Source: Candidatus Multivoradales bacterium
GTDB taxonomy: Bacteria > Acidobacteriota > Thermoanaerobaculia > Multivoradales > JAHEKO01
Length of the DNA stretch: 64,000 nt
NCBI GenBank assembly: GCA_965223855.1
Contig: CBDCXM010000003.1
Location: forward strand, 1-64,000
Reading direction: 5' to 3'
The notes under the pieces: generated by a model
Seen by the model: only the letters and a program-made list of their open reading frames with translations
Database searches by the model: none
Told to the model about the DNA's origin: nothing
Shown here: positions 28,226-38,962 of the stretch, piece after piece
Position numbering within the stretch: position 1 is the stretch's first letter
Layout: each line of letters begins with the position of its first letter
Translations under genes and position numbers: made by a program

Positions 28226-31200
28226 CTACCACTCGATCCGCGCCAGCCGGCGAACGAGAATGTGGGTGTCCCGGTTGCAGCCGGTCGGCCCCCAGTAGTT
28301 GAAGTGGTAAGTGAACTGGCCGTAGCCGCCGGCCATCAGGTTGGGCTTGAGTCGGGTTCGGGTCAGGCTGTTGTGCCCTCCGGCCCGCCGGTTGCCTCGC
28401 AACGGCGACCGCGGCACCGAGATGGTCCGCTCGGGGGAGTGGTACTGAATGCAGATGCCGCGCGGGATGCGCGCCGAAACGGCGGCCCGGGTGACGACGA
28501 CTCCGTTGTCGTTGAAGACCTCGACCCAGTCGTTGTCCTCGATCTCCAGCTCAGCAGCGTCGCGGTGGTTGATCCAGAAGGGCTCGCAGCCGCGAGACAA
28601 CACGGTCATGCGCTCGTTGTCGCCGTAGGTCGAGTGAATGTGCCACTTGCCGTGCGGCGTGAGGTAGTTGAGCATCATCGTCTTGCCGGGATCGTCCGAA
28701 AACACCAGATCGGCATACTCGGTCGGCAGCGGCTTCGGCTTGTAAGTCGGGAGGTGCTCGCCGAACTCGAGGTAGAGCTCGTGATCGAGATAGAAGTGCT
28801 GGCGACCCGTCAACGTGCGCCAGGGCACAAGCGTCTCCACGTTGTAGGTGAAGGGCGCGTAGGCGCGGCCGTTCTCGGTCAGGCCGGACCACATGGGACT
28901 GTTGAGGAGTCGGCGCGGCTGGGCCTGCAGGTCCGAGAAACGGGTCCGTACGCTGCGTGACTTCTCGGCCAGGTGGGCCAGGTCGAGCCCTGTCTTCTCC
29001 TCCATGTTGCGGTACGACCGGTAGGCGAGCTCACCGTTGGTGACGGTCGCCAGATGGAGGATGGCGTTGCAGGCCTCGATGTCCTCCCTGATCGACGGAT
29101 AGCCGTGTCCGTTCCATTCACTCGATGGCTGCCGCTTCGCGAGCTCGTCGTAGGCGTCCTCGCAGCGGTAGCTCGTGCCGTGGGCACCCAGGCCGTCGTC
29201 GCGCACCCCTGGGCCCAGAGCGCAGAATCGGGCGTAGAGGTTGGCGTAGTCGCGCTTGACGATCTTCAGGTTGGGCATCGTGACGCCCGGAATCGCCTCG
29301 ACCTCGCCGTTCATCCAGTCGGAGATCTCCCGCTGGGCGATCTCCGCCGGCGAGTCGTGAGCCAGTGGGGCGGCTACCAGGTCCTCGACCGGCTCCGGGA
29401 AGTGTCGCTTTGCCAGCTCGGAGAACTTCTCGGCGATTGCACGGAAAATCTGCCAGTCGCTCTTCGACTCCCACGACGGCGGCACGGCGGGCGCCAACGG
29501 GTGAATGAAGCTGTGCATGTCGGTCGAGTTGAGGTCGGCCTTCTCGTACCACGTCGCCGCCGGGAGGACTATGTCGGAGTAGAGCGCCGAGGTGTCCATC
29601 CGGAAGTTCAGGTCGACGACCAGATCCATCTTGCCGTTGGGCGGCGGGCGCCAGGTCACGTCCTGAACGGAGTCCTCGGCCATGTCTTCCGCCACCGCGT
29701 TGGTGTGCGTTCCGAGGTAGTGCTTCAGGAAGAACTCGTGCCCCTTGGCAGAGGCCATCAGGGCGTTGCCGCGCCAGATGTACCAGACTCGGGGCCAGTT
29801 CTCCTCTGCGTCCGGATCCTCGACCGCAAACTGGAGCTCACGGTTCTTGAGTTGGTCGATGACCCTGTCGATGACGTCCTTGTCGGTCGTCGCGCCCTGC
29901 TCGCGAGCCTCCCGCACGAGTTCGAGTGTGTTGCGATTGAACTGCGGGTAGAACGGCAGCCAGCCGGAGCGGACCGCCCGCACCTGCAGATCCATCGTGT
30001 GCCCCCGGGCGAGTTTCGATTCCGAAGAGGTCGGGACGGTGTGGTAGTCGGTGAACGACTTCTCGTACCGCCACTGGTCGGTGTGGACGTAGTGCCAGCT
30101 CGGGGCGTTTTGCAGCCGGGGAACGGGGCCCCAGTCCTTGCCCAGAGCCAACGCTCCCCACGACTCGCCGGGAGCGAGTTTCTCCTGGCCGACATAGTGC
30201 GCCAGCCCTCCACCGTTGACACCGACACAGCCACAGAACATGAGGGCGTGGATGCCGGCCCGGTACATGAGGTTGGCGTGGTACCAGTGGTTCACCCCGG
30301 CGCCGATGACGATCGTGCAGCGCCCACCGGTCTTCTCGGCCGTGACACCCCATTCGCGCGCGAACTGGACGACCATGTCGCGGCTCATGCCGGTGAAGCG
30401 CTCGGCCCAGGCCGGCGTGTAGGGCATGTCGTCGTCGTAGCTCTCCGGGTAGGCCCCGGGCAGCCCGCGGGGGACGCCGTATTGCGCCATCAGCACGTCG
30501 TAGACGGTGGCGACGGCGACGCGCTCGCCGTCATTCGTCTCGACCCAGCGGACCGGAACGCCGCGAGTCAGCTCTCCCCCTTCGGCAAAGTCATCGAAGG
30601 AGAGCTGCAGAACCTCGTCGTGCCGATCGAGGAAGGTGAGGGTCGGGTCGATCCGTGAGCCATCGACACCGTCCTCCAGCTTCAGGTTCCACTTGCCCTT
30701 CTTCTCTCCCCAGCGGTGTCCGGAACTGCCCATCGGCATCTTCGGCCGATCCTCGGAGGCGTCCCACATGAGGAACTTCCACTCGCCGTGCTCCTCGTCC
30801 CGATACCGGTCGAGCCTCCCAGCCCGAAGCATCTGTCCCGGACGGTTGTCGTCTTCCTCGCGCCTCACCTCGACCAAGAAGCCGGAGTCCGTGTACTGCT
30901 TGACGTAGTCGGCGAAGTAGGGAACCTGCCGGTCGTGGTGGAACTCCTTGAGGAGGACGTGATTCACCGCCATCCACCAGGCGCCGTCCTGGCCGGCATT
31001 GAGCGACACCCACTCGTCCGCGTACTTGGCGACCTGGCTGAAGTCCGGCGAGAACACCCACATCTTGGTGCCGTTGTGCCGTGCCTCGGCGGCGAAGTGG
31101 CAGTCCGGCGTACGGGTCATGTTGAGGTTGGACCCCATCACCGCGAGCAGCTTGGCGTTGAACCAGTCGGCCGACTCGTTGACGTCCGTTTGCTCGCCCC

Positions 31201-31861
31201 AAGTCTCGGGCGAAGCGTTGGGAAGGTCGCAATACCAGTCGTAGAAGGACAGCGAAACGCCGCCCATCAGTTGCAGCATGCGGGAGCCGCTGGCGTAACT
31301 GATCATCGACATGGCGGGGATCGGCGAAAACCCGGTCACGCGATCGGGCCCGTACTTCTTGATGGTGTGGATGTTGGCGGCCGCCATGATCTCCAGCACC
31401 ACATCCCACTCCACTCGTCGGAAGCCGCCTTTGCCACGCGCCTTGTGAAAGCGCGCGCGCCGGGCGGGATCGCTGATCAGGCTCTCCCACGCTTCCACCG
31501 GGTCGTCGAAGCGCGAGCGTGCCTCACGCCACAGATCCATCAGCGCGCCACGGATGTAGGGGTACTTCACCCTCAGGGGGCTGTAGAGGTACCAGGAGTA
31601 GGAGATCCCACGCTGGCACCCGCGCGGCTCGTAGGGCGGCAGGCCCTCTTCGAGCTCCGGGTAGTCGAGCCCCTGCATCTCCCAGGTGACGATGCCGTTC
31701 TTGACGTAGATATCCCAGGTACAGCTGCCCGTGCAGTTGACGCCGTGGGTCGACCGCACGACCTTGTCGTGCTGCCAGCGGTTCCGGTAGAACTCCTCCC
31801 AGCTCCGGCCTTCGGGGTCTACCTCGTCCTTGATCCAGTGAATGGAGTTCTTCGGCTTCAT
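28226..31861 (-). CDS. narG: Respiratory nitrate reductase alpha subunit (cytoplasmic, no Tat signal)
   Basis: [56 protein letters not shown]; ATG 31861 overlaps the upstream stop (ATGA). Confidence 0.96.
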   Translation of the reverse strand: MKPKNSIHWIKDEVDPEGRSWEEFYRNRWQHDKVVRSTHGVNCTGSCTWDIYVKNGIVTWEMQGLDYPELEEGLPPYEPRGCQRGISYSWYLYSPLRVKYPYIRGALMDLWREARSRFDDPVEAWESLISDPARRARFHKARGKGGFRRVEWDVVLEIMAAANIHTIKKYGPDRVTGFSPIPAMSMISYASGSRMLQLMGGVSLSFYDWYCDLPNASPETWGEQTDVNESADWFNAKLLAVMGSNLNMTRTPDCHFAAEARHNGTKMWVFSPDFSQVAKYADEWVSLNAGQDGAWWMAVNHVLLKEFHHDRQVPYFADYVKQYTDSGFLVEVRREEDDNRPGQMLRAGRLDRYRDEEHGEWKFLMWDASEDRPKMPMGSSGHRWGEKKGKWNLKLEDGVDGSRIDPTLTFLDRHDEVLQLSFDDFAEGGELTRGVPVRWVETNDGERVAVATVYDVLMAQYGVPRGLPGAYPESYDDDMPYTPAWAERFTGMSRDMVVQFAREWGVTAEKTGGRCTIVIGAGVNHWYHANLMYRAGIHALMFCGCVGVNGGGLAHYVGQEKLAPGESWGALALGKDWGPVPRLQNAPSWHYVHTDQWRYEKSFTDYHTVPTSSESKLARGHTMDLQVRAVRSGWLPFYPQFNRNTLELVREAREQGATTDKDVIDRVIDQLKNRELQFAVEDPDAEENWPRVWYIWRGNALMASAKGHEFFLKHYLGTHTNAVAEDMAEDSVQDVTWRPPPNGKMDLVVDLNFRMDTSALYSDIVLPAATWYEKADLNSTDMHSFIHPLAPAVPPSWESKSDWQIFRAIAEKFSELAKRHFPEPVEDLVAAPLAHDSPAEIAQREISDWMNGEVEAIPGVTMPNLKIVKRDYANLYARFCALGPGVRDDGLGAHGTSYRCEDAYDELAKRQPSSEWNGHGYPSIREDIEACNAILHLATVTNGELAYRSYRNMEEKTGLDLAHLAEKSRSVRTRFSDLQAQPRRLLNSPMWSGLTENGRAYAPFTYNVETLVPWRTLTGRQHFYLDHELYLEFGEHLPTYKPKPLPTEYADLVFSDDPGKTMMLNYLTPHGKWHIHSTYGDNERMTVLSRGCEPFWINHRDAAELEIEDNDWVEVFNDNGVVVTRAAVSARIPRGICIQYHSPERTISVPRSPLRGNRRAGGHNSLTRTRLKPNLMAGGYGQFTYHFNYWGPTGCNRDTHILVRRLARIEW

Positions 31862-32727
31862 CGTTGGCCTTTCACGAGTGCTCGACGAACGCCCCGGAAG
31901 CGTTTGCGCCAAAGGCCGTCGGAGGCCATGAAGCCGAACCCGGCACCTCCGAGGCCGAGAAGCAGAAGCGTCAGGCGCGCGGTGCCCGTGTCCTCGTTCC
32001 TCGTATGTGCTGCGTCCTCGAGGAACGCGACCAGCGGGCCGATCTCCTCGTTGGTCAGGCTGCGCGAGGCGTAGACCGGGCGCATGATCTCCGTCGCCGG
32101 GGCCAGCAGCCACGACGCGAGGTTCTTGCGACCCTGAAGTCGCTCGTAGACCCTGGTCAGGTCCGGCCCGAGCCGGCCTCCACCCAGGCCGGAGAGCCCT
32201 CCGACCGTGTGGCAGGAGAGGCAGGAGGGGCCGCCGTTGGTGAGCCGCGCCTCGCCGGAGAACAGCGCCATCCCGCGCTCGATGTCGGCTCGCGTGAACG
32301 GCTCGTCACCGATATCGAGGCCGGCGAACTGCGACTCGTCCTGCAGCGACTCCGCCGCGATCAGGTCGAGCAGCGCTTCCGCCTGCTTGCGGGTGAGGCC
32401 CGCCGAACGCGGCATGATCACGCCACCCGCCTCGTCCTTGATCTGGAGAGCGTAGGCGTCGCCGCGATCGAAGAACGCCTGCGGGTCGAGCACGAAGCCG
32501 ACCAGCCATTCGCGATCCTTGCGATCGTCGACGTTCTTGAGATCGGGGCCCACGAGCCGTCCGCCACCGACGGTGTGGCAGCTCACGCAGCTCTGGCGGA
32601 AGATCTCCGCGGCCTCCTGCGACCAGAGCGCACCCGTCGACAGCTGGCCCCCGGCCGTGAGGAAGACTGCGACGGCGAGCAGAGGATGTCGAGGTAACGA
32701 GAAGGTCCGAAGCGCAAGATCTAGCAA
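31858..32727 (-). CDS. narC: NarC-like diheme cytochrome c with C-terminal membrane anchor
   Basis: CVSCH...GPDL and CLSCH...GPDL; signal peptide; C-terminal TM; TTG start after GGAGG; position directly before narG as in Thermus narC. Confidence 0.8.
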   Translation of the reverse strand: MLDLALRTFSLPRHPLLAVAVFLTAGGQLSTGALWSQEAAEIFRQSCVSCHTVGGGRLVGPDLKNVDDRKDREWLVGFVLDPQAFFDRGDAYALQIKDEAGGVIMPRSAGLTRKQAEALLDLIAAESLQDESQFAGLDIGDEPFTRADIERGMALFSGEARLTNGGPSCLSCHTVGGLSGLGGGRLGPDLTRVYERLQGRKNLASWLLAPATEIMRPVYASRSLTNEEIGPLVAFLEDAAHTRNEDTGTARLTLLLLGLGGAGFGFMASDGLWRKRFRGVRRALVKGQR

Positions 32728-34286
32728 GGCACCTCCGCGCCCTTCCGGGCGTAGTACCACCAGTTGACGACGAGGCAGATGGCGTAGAAAGCGGCGAACC
32801 CCCAGAGTGCGTTCTGCGGCGTTCCGGCGCGGATCTGCTCGCCGAAGATCCTCGGGATCAGGAACGCTCCGTAGGCGGCCACGGCGGAAGTCCAGCCCAG
32901 CACGGGCCCGGCCTGCTCCTTGTCGAACATCACCCCCATCGATCGGAACGTCGAACCGTTGCCGACGCCCGTGGCAGCGAAGAGCAGCAGGAAAAGGGCG
33001 AGGAACGGCACGAAAAACTGCTCGGGAGTCTCTGAGCGGTACGCGAGGTTCATGAAATAGGCGACCGCCAGCGCCGAGCCGATCATCACCAGGGTGACCA
33101 TCTGGGTGACCTTGGCGCCGCCGATCTCGCGATCCGAGATCCAACCGCCGATCGGCCGGATCAACGAGCCGACCAACGGGCCGAGCCAGGCGAAGGTGAA
33201 GGGGTTCGGAGCGTTGGGGTTGACCCCGAGCTCGGCGCCGGTCGGGTCGTGCACGAAGCCGAAGATCACCTTGATCGAGAGCGGGAAGGCGGCCGAGAAG
33301 CCGATGAACGACCCGAACGTCATGGTGTAGATGAGGGTCATCCACCAGGTGTGTTTGTTGCGGAAGATCGAGAACTGTCGGGCGAGGGGTTCGCGCACGT
33401 CGCCCGGGACCATCTTCATGAGCAAGAGCGTGGAGGCGATCACGAGGGGGAGGACGAGCCACTTCGAAACGCCGACGACCAGCATCGCCCAGAGCCCGAC
33501 GGCGGCAGCCGCGAGACCGACCCCCAGGAGGGTGAAGACGCGCAGGAAGGCCACCAGCGAGGACCTGACTCCGGGCGAGACCCACTCCGTGGTGATGTTG
33601 TTCATGCCGAAGAAGGTGGCGAAGCCGAGCACGATGAGAACCGGGATCCAGACGAGGCCGGCGTTCTGGACGTAGCTGACGGTCCCTGACTCCTGCGGTA
33701 GTGGGTGCCCGGCACCGCCAAGGCTTCCGAAGAGAGCGAAGGTCATGACCAGCGGCAGCAGGAACTGCATGACGCTCACGCCGAGATTCCCGAGCCCGGC
33801 GTTGATGCCGAGGGCCGTACCCTGCATACGCTTGGGGAAGAAGAAGCTGACGTTCGACATCGAGGAGGCGAAGTTCCCGCCCCCGAGACCGGAGAGCGCG
33901 GCCAGGCCCCAGAAGACCCAGAGAGGCGTGTCCGGGTTCTGAAGGGCGATGCCGGCCCCGATCGCAGGCACCAGGAGCAAGCTGGTGGTCAAGAAGATCG
34001 TGTTGCGCCCGCCGGCGATCCGAATCAGGAACGAACTCGGAATCCGCAGGGTGGCACCGACGAATCCGGCGATCCCGGCGAGCGTGAAGAGCTCCTCCTT
34101 CGAGAAGGGGAAGCCGAGATTGAGCATCTCGGTCGTGATGATGCTCCAGTAGAGCCAGACGGCGAATCCACACAGCAGGCTCGGGACCGAGATCCACAGA
34201 TTGCGGCGGGCGACGCGTTGCCCGGTCTTCTCCCAGAACTCGGGATCTTCGATCTCCCACCGCTCCAGGTTGACCTCGGGTCTCAC
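32721..34286 (-). CDS. narK: NarK-type nitrate/nitrite antiporter
   Basis: WEIEDPEFWE...RRNLWIS, GGGNFASSMSN..FFFPK, NAGLGNLG, GVGNGSTFR; GTG start after GAAAGG. Confidence 0.92.
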   Translation of the reverse strand: MRPEVNLERWEIEDPEFWEKTGQRVARRNLWISVPSLLCGFAVWLYWSIITTEMLNLGFPFSKEELFTLAGIAGFVGATLRIPSSFLIRIAGGRNTIFLTTSLLLVPAIGAGIALQNPDTPLWVFWGLAALSGLGGGNFASSMSNVSFFFPKRMQGTALGINAGLGNLGVSVMQFLLPLVMTFALFGSLGGAGHPLPQESGTVSYVQNAGLVWIPVLIVLGFATFFGMNNITTEWVSPGVRSSLVAFLRVFTLLGVGLAAAAVGLWAMLVVGVSKWLVLPLVIASTLLLMKMVPGDVREPLARQFSIFRNKHTWWMTLIYTMTFGSFIGFSAAFPLSIKVIFGFVHDPTGAELGVNPNAPNPFTFAWLGPLVGSLIRPIGGWISDREIGGAKVTQMVTLVMIGSALAVAYFMNLAYRSETPEQFFVPFLALFLLLFAATGVGNGSTFRSMGVMFDKEQAGPVLGWTSAVAAYGAFLIPRIFGEQIRAGTPQNALWGFAAFYAICLVVNWWYYARKGAEVPC

Positions 34287-34510
34287 GTCCGATCGCCTTT
34301 CGGTTCGCGGCTCGGGTCGCCCCTGTTCGAGGCCTCCCCACCGCTGGTGACTGTGTGCCTCGCAAGGTAGCGGCTCGCCGGACGAGCGCCAAGCATCCCG
34401 GGGTGGGGCGGAGCCACCCCCAGAGAGGGGGGCGGAAACCCGACTGCGGAGGTGGCGCACGACGCTCTCTCGGATGCCAGCATGGGGGATTGACAAGGAG
34501 AGTTCCCGAC

Positions 34511-35209
34511 ATGCCCGAAGACGACAGACCCTCCCTCATTACCCCGGATTCGACGGTCGGCGCCCTCGCCGCCCGCTACCCGCAGAGCACGCGCGTGTTC
34601 TCGCGACACGGGCTCGACTTCTGCTGCAGCGGGGGCAAGCCGCTCCAGCAGGCCTGCGACGACGCCGGCGCGAATCTCGACACCGTCCTCGCCGAGCTCG
34701 CCTCAGCGATGGAGGCCCGACCCGACGAACACAACTGGTCCGGGGCTCCGCTGGCCGACATCATCGAGCACATCCTCGAACGGTTCCACGCACCGCTGCG
34801 GGAGGAGCTGCCGAGACTCAAGGGCATGGCTCGCAAGGTCGTGGAGGTGCACGGCGACAAGGACCCGCGGCTCGCTCGCATCCTCGAAACGTTCGTGGCA
34901 CTCGAGACCGAGCTGGGGGAGCACATGCTCAAGGAGGAGCGAATCCTCTTTCCTATGATCTTGCGGGGTGAGGGCGCGCTTGCCGGCGGCCCGGTCGCAG
35001 TGATGGAGGACGAGCACGAGTCGGCGGGAGCGGCCCTCAGACAGATGCGCGCCCTTACCTCCGATTTCGTCGCTCCGGAGGGCGCCTGCACGACATGGAA
35101 GGCGCTGTGGCACGGGCTCGAATCGCTGGAGTCGGACATGCACCAGCACATCCACCTCGAGAACAACATCCTGTTTCCGCGCGCACTCGGCAAGGCGGCC
35201 GCCGGCTAG
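34511..35209 (+). CDS. ric: Iron-sulfur cluster repair di-iron protein (Ric/YtfE)
   Basis: GLDFCCSGG, HMLKEERILFP, MEDEH, HIHLENNILFP; AAGGAG RBS; divergent from the nar operon. Confidence 0.93.
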   Translation: MPEDDRPSLITPDSTVGALAARYPQSTRVFSRHGLDFCCSGGKPLQQACDDAGANLDTVLAELASAMEARPDEHNWSGAPLADIIEHILERFHAPLREELPRLKGMARKVVEVHGDKDPRLARILETFVALETELGEHMLKEERILFPMILRGEGALAGGPVAVMEDEHESAGAALRQMRALTSDFVAPEGACTTWKALWHGLESLESDMHQHIHLENNILFPRALGKAAAG

Positions 35210-35259
35210 AAGCGCTCGCGCCGTGGCCTGAGGCGACCGGTCCGCCAACGGTTACGCAA

Positions 35260-35835
35260 CTACGGGTACAGCTTCCGAGCGCTCCACCCTTCCTCTCGTA
35301 GCTCGTAGACCCGTCGATCGTGAAGGCGGAACTTTCCCGCCTCCCAGAACTCGAACCGCCAGGGAGCCACCCGAAAGCCTGACCAGTGCGGAGGCCTGGG
35401 GACCGGCTGCCCGGCGAAGCGGGTGCCGTCGCGCACCACTCTCGATAGAAGCGTAGAGCGATGCGGCAGAGGTTGACTCTGCTTCGACGCCCACGCCCCG
35501 ATCTGACTGCCACGATCGCGGGTGGCGAAGTAGCTGTCGGCCTCCTCGGGACTGACCGGACCGGCCTCTCCCTCGATGCTGACCTGGCGACCGAGTCGCC
35601 GCCAGAGGAAGTGGAGGCTGACGTTGGGATTGCGCTCGATCTGTCGCGCCTTGCGGCTGCCGAGGTTGGTGTAGAAGACAAGGCCCCGCCGATCGAGCGC
35701 TTTGAGCAGCACAGCTCGCGAGCTGGGCCGTCCCCGCTCGTCGACGCTGCACAGGACCATCGCGTTCGAGTCCTGCGTCTCGGTGGCGCCGACGGTCTCG
35801 AGAATCTCCGCGAGGAGCCTGAATGGGTCCTTCAA
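35260..35835 (-). CDS. pdxH: Pyridoxamine 5'-phosphate oxidase
   Basis: SRAVLLK, FYTNLGSRK, RQVSIEG, SQIGAWASKQS, EFW...RLHDR. Confidence 0.92.
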   Translation of the reverse strand: MKDPFRLLAEILETVGATETQDSNAMVLCSVDERGRPSSRAVLLKALDRRGLVFYTNLGSRKARQIERNPNVSLHFLWRRLGRQVSIEGEAGPVSPEEADSYFATRDRGSQIGAWASKQSQPLPHRSTLLSRVVRDGTRFAGQPVPRPPHWSGFRVAPWRFEFWEAGKFRLHDRRVYELREEGWSARKLYP

Positions 35836-35869
35836 CCCGCTCTACTCCTTGCTGAAGGGCAACTTCGCC

Positions 35870-37210
35870 TCACTCGACCCCGGGCCGACCGTGGCCGACC
35901 ACGGCCGCCTGCTCGTCAGAGACCCAGCGAACCGCTCTCGAGCAGGGGCACACCCCTCCGACGCGACGCAGGTTCGGCGTCTGGCGGGCGGCCTCGCCCG
36001 CCGTGAGCTCTCCCGCCACGACCTGCCGCAGCAGCTCGACGTACCCCTTGAAGTCCCTACCCGCGCTGTAGGTCTGCGGGAGGTGACCCTTGAGGTGCCG
36101 GGCGTAGTCGTCCACGTCGTCGAAACTCTCGCCCTGGTGGCCGACCATCGTGAAGGCAGGAACGCCGCGGCGCCGGAAGAACCGCATCGCCGGCATCTGT
36201 AGGAGGTCCTCGGGCTGGACCCCATCGACCGTCTCGCCATCCTCGACCAGCCGCGCGTGGGCCTCGGTCGCCTCGGCGTGGGACAGCTCCGGCAGCCGCG
36301 CACGGAGGTAGCGCATGTTGAGATCGGTGACGAGGCGCGAGACCTCGTCGTAGTACTGCTGCTGCGCCTCGGCGTTGGCCATCGGCTTGAAGCCGTAGCG
36401 CACGTTGGTGGCGCCTCCCTTCTCGTGGCCGAACATCTCGAGGCCTCTGGGGATCCACTTGTTGAGGGTGCGCTGGATCAGGTCCATGGTGACGTAGACC
36501 GAGTCCTTGGCCGCCTGCTCGACCCAGCGGCGTAGCGGCAGCACGCCGGCCGCCAGATGGAACGCCTCCTCGCGGAGCATCTCCGGCATGCTCTCGCCCA
36601 TCGGTGCGTACGCGCTGACCTTCTGCATCGACAGCTGGTACTTGCCGACCCGGTCGATCAGGGCGCAGAAGACGATGTTGTCGACGAACGAGTCGAAGTC
36701 GACGTTGAAGGCTCCCAGCACGTGGGAGCCGGTGCGCATTTCGAGCACCTCTTCGATCATCTCGGCGCTCGAGTCGCTCGACGCGATCGACCAGTCTTCC
36801 TCCGCCAGCAGGTGAAGCATCTGGTAGCCGTGGCGTAGCTCCTCGGCCATCATCCGGAGGATCCAGAACTGGTCCTGCTCGTCCTGGGCGCGGCTCAGGG
36901 TGAGCTGATGCTGCTGGATCGAGCCGAACTCGGTCGACGCCTGGGCACGAATGGCGCCGAGGACCTGGCGCGCCTGATCGGGCTCCATCTCGTCGGGGCG
37001 CACGTACTTGTTCTTCCCCTCGTTCTCGCCGCACTCGATGACGCCGCACATGCCGCACTCGCGGTAGGCGCACAGCTTGAACTTGCGGTCGCGCGGGAAG
37101 AAGCGGCTCCACTGCTCGAGGAGCAGCTCGTAGTCGGGGAGGAAGAGGTCGCGCCACTTCTCCACCGCCTGGTGGTACCTATCCGGCAGCAGGACTTCTC
37201 GAAGGCTCAT
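35870..37210 (-). CDS. BoxB/PaaA-like ferritin-fold diiron protein
   Basis: QASTEFGSIQQ, AEELRHG, LGAFN, IDRVGKYQL, REEAFH: a divergent match to the BoxB motif series. Confidence 0.75.
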   Translation of the reverse strand: MSLREVLLPDRYHQAVEKWRDLFLPDYELLLEQWSRFFPRDRKFKLCAYRECGMCGVIECGENEGKNKYVRPDEMEPDQARQVLGAIRAQASTEFGSIQQHQLTLSRAQDEQDQFWILRMMAEELRHGYQMLHLLAEEDWSIASSDSSAEMIEEVLEMRTGSHVLGAFNVDFDSFVDNIVFCALIDRVGKYQLSMQKVSAYAPMGESMPEMLREEAFHLAAGVLPLRRWVEQAAKDSVYVTMDLIQRTLNKWIPRGLEMFGHEKGGATNVRYGFKPMANAEAQQQYYDEVSRLVTDLNMRYLRARLPELSHAEATEAHARLVEDGETVDGVQPEDLLQMPAMRFFRRRGVPAFTMVGHQGESFDDVDDYARHLKGHLPQTYSAGRDFKGYVELLRQVVAGELTAGEAARQTPNLRRVGGVCPCSRAVRWVSDEQAAVVGHGRPGVE

Positions 37211-37674
37211 GCTTCGCCCTCCTCCACCGCCGGCAGGTCCATGACCAGCGAGACAAGGTTGCCGGTACGGAAGCCGGTCGCCTCGAAGAAGCCGAGGAGG
37301 CCTTTGGCGTCTTCCTCGACGAGGGTTCGTACTCGGGTGGCCCCCAACTCGCGGAACCTCCGGAACAGGCTGTCGGCCAGTCGCTGCGCGATCGAGCGGT
37401 TGCGGAGGTCGGGATCGACACCCAGCACTTCGACCCAGCCGGTCGGCTCCTCGAGGCCGAACTCGCCGGCGCGAACCTCGCCGAAGGCGAAGCCGACGAT
37501 CCGGCCGTCCGCCTCGGCGACGAACGACCCCTCCGGGTCGCGGCGCAGGTAGTACATGATCCGCGATTCCCAGACGTCTGGCTGGTACTCGCCTCGCATC
37601 TTCTCGTCGAGCACGGTGATGCCCTCGACCGAAAGTTCGTCGATCGGTCGGATCGACACTTCAACATCGCTCAT
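37207..37674 (-). CDS. GNAT acetyltransferase
   Basis: SFVAEADGRIVGF...GEFG...VLGVDPDLRNRSIA...FFEATGF; ATGA overlap with the BoxB-like gene. Confidence 0.88.
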   Translation of the reverse strand: MSDVEVSIRPIDELSVEGITVLDEKMRGEYQPDVWESRIMYYLRRDPEGSFVAEADGRIVGFAFGEVRAGEFGLEEPTGWVEVLGVDPDLRNRSIAQRLADSLFRRFRELGATRVRTLVEEDAKGLLGFFEATGFRTGNLVSLVMDLPAVEEGEA

Positions 37675-37971
37675 CTGGAACCCCTTCCGCTCCGTCACCG
37701 GCGTTGTCCGGGTCGATCCCGTCCACGCAGCGACCGCAAGAACTCCTACTGTCGGGTTGCGAGATCGACCTTCCGCAATCTAGCGCCCGAAGCCGACGAG
37801 CGAACCCTCAGAAAGGGTAGAGGCGTGCCGCCTGCCCGGGTGGGCTGCCCGGTTGACCGTCCGAGTGGTTGTTCGCACGCCTCAACGCACCCGCCGTCTC
37901 CGGCGGTTCGGCTCGGGCACAAGACATTCCGCACGACATCGGAATCGCGGCATGGGAGGATCCGTCTCGCT

Positions 37972-38946
37972 ATGAGGCGAGTGTTGCGACATCCGAGGTC
38001 CGGAGCCTGTCTCTGCCTCTTGCTCCTGTTCTCTTCGTCGGTTCGCGCCGAGCGACGGTCGATGGTGCTGACCTTCGACGACCTCCCGGCGCAGCGCGCA
38101 GCGTTGCTTCCCGAGGGGCGGATCCTCGAGATCAACGAGCGGTTGGTCGCGCTCCTCGTCGAGGAGGAGGTACCCGCCGCCGGCTTCGTCAACGAGGACA
38201 AGCTGGAGATCGACGGGGAGGTGGCTCGAGGGCGGGTGGCGTTGCTCGAGAGCTGGCTCGAGGCCGGCCTCGAGCTCGGCAACCACTCGTACAGCCACCC
38301 CGATCTGCACCGGATGGAGCTCGCCCGGTTCCTCGAGGACGTCGAGCGGGGCGAGCGGCTCACGCGGGAGCTGCTCGGTGCCAGGGGAATGGAGCTGCGC
38401 TATTTCCGACACCCCTTCCTGCACACCGGCCTCGACCTCGAGACGAAGCGCCAGGTCGAGGCGTTCCTGGCCGAGCGCAACGTCCGCGTCGCTCCGGTGA
38501 CGATCGACAACTCCGAGTGGATCTTCGCCCGCGCCTTCGACGAGGCGCTCGACCGGGAGGATCGGGAGCTCGAGCAACGGCTCGGCGCAGCCTACGTCGA
38601 CTATATGGTGGCGATGACCGCCTACTACGAGGGGCAGAGCCGAGCGCTCTTCGACCGCGAAATCCCCCAGGTGATGCTCCTCCACGCCAACGCCCTCAAC
38701 GCGCACTTCCTGGGGGAGCTGGTCGCCCGCTTGCGGGAACGCGGGTACCGCTTCGTCGGCCTCGACACCGCGCTCGCCGACCCGGCGTTCGAGAGCCGCG
38801 ACGAGTACACCGGCAGCGGCGGCATCACCTGGCTCCACCGGTGGGCGATCACGCGCGGGGTCGATCGCTCGATGTTCGCCGGCGAGCCCGTGACACCGGA
38901 CTGGGTGGAGGAGATCGCGGGGCTGAGAGAATCGGCGAGGAACTGA
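37972..38946 (+). CDS. Secreted polysaccharide deacetylase (CE4)
   Basis: LTFDDLP, GNHSYSHPD, YFRHPFL, VMLLH; signal peptide. Confidence 0.9.
   Translation: MRRVLRHPRSGACLCLLLLFSSSVRAERRSMVLTFDDLPAQRAALLPEGRILEINERLVALLVEEEVPAAGFVNEDKLEIDGEVARGRVALLESWLEAGLELGNHSYSHPDLHRMELARFLEDVERGERLTRELLGARGMELRYFRHPFLHTGLDLETKRQVEAFLAERNVRVAPVTIDNSEWIFARAFDEALDREDRELEQRLGAAYVDYMVAMTAYYEGQSRALFDREIPQVMLLHANALNAHFLGELVARLRERGYRFVGLDTALADPAFESRDEYTGSGGITWLHRWAITRGVDRSMFAGEPVTPDWVEEIAGLRESARN
38367..38946 (+). repeat. Direct repeat copy 1 (copy 2 at 42488-43067, offset 4121)
   Basis: 38367-38795 appears identical to 42488-42916; the last ~150 bp are diverged but colinear to the stop codon. Confidence 0.9.
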
Positions 38947-38962
38947 AGCGACGCCCCGGAGA

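Noticed and set aside
22286-30658. Long plus-strand ORFs (22286-25126, 26698-28302, 28973-30658)
   Set aside because: Antisense shadows of actB and narGH caused by high-GC codon bias; no motifs.
34287-34510. FNR/DNR or NsrR box between narK and ric; TTGACA at 34490 as a -35 element
   Set aside because: No TTGAT-N4-ATCAA match was found, and the TTGACA abuts the RBS, too close to the start codon to be a -35.
31858-34539. 893-aa ORF as a giant cytochrome fusion
   Set aside because: The N-terminal ~600 aa are an Arg/Pro-rich alternate frame over narK; only 31858-32727 looks coding.
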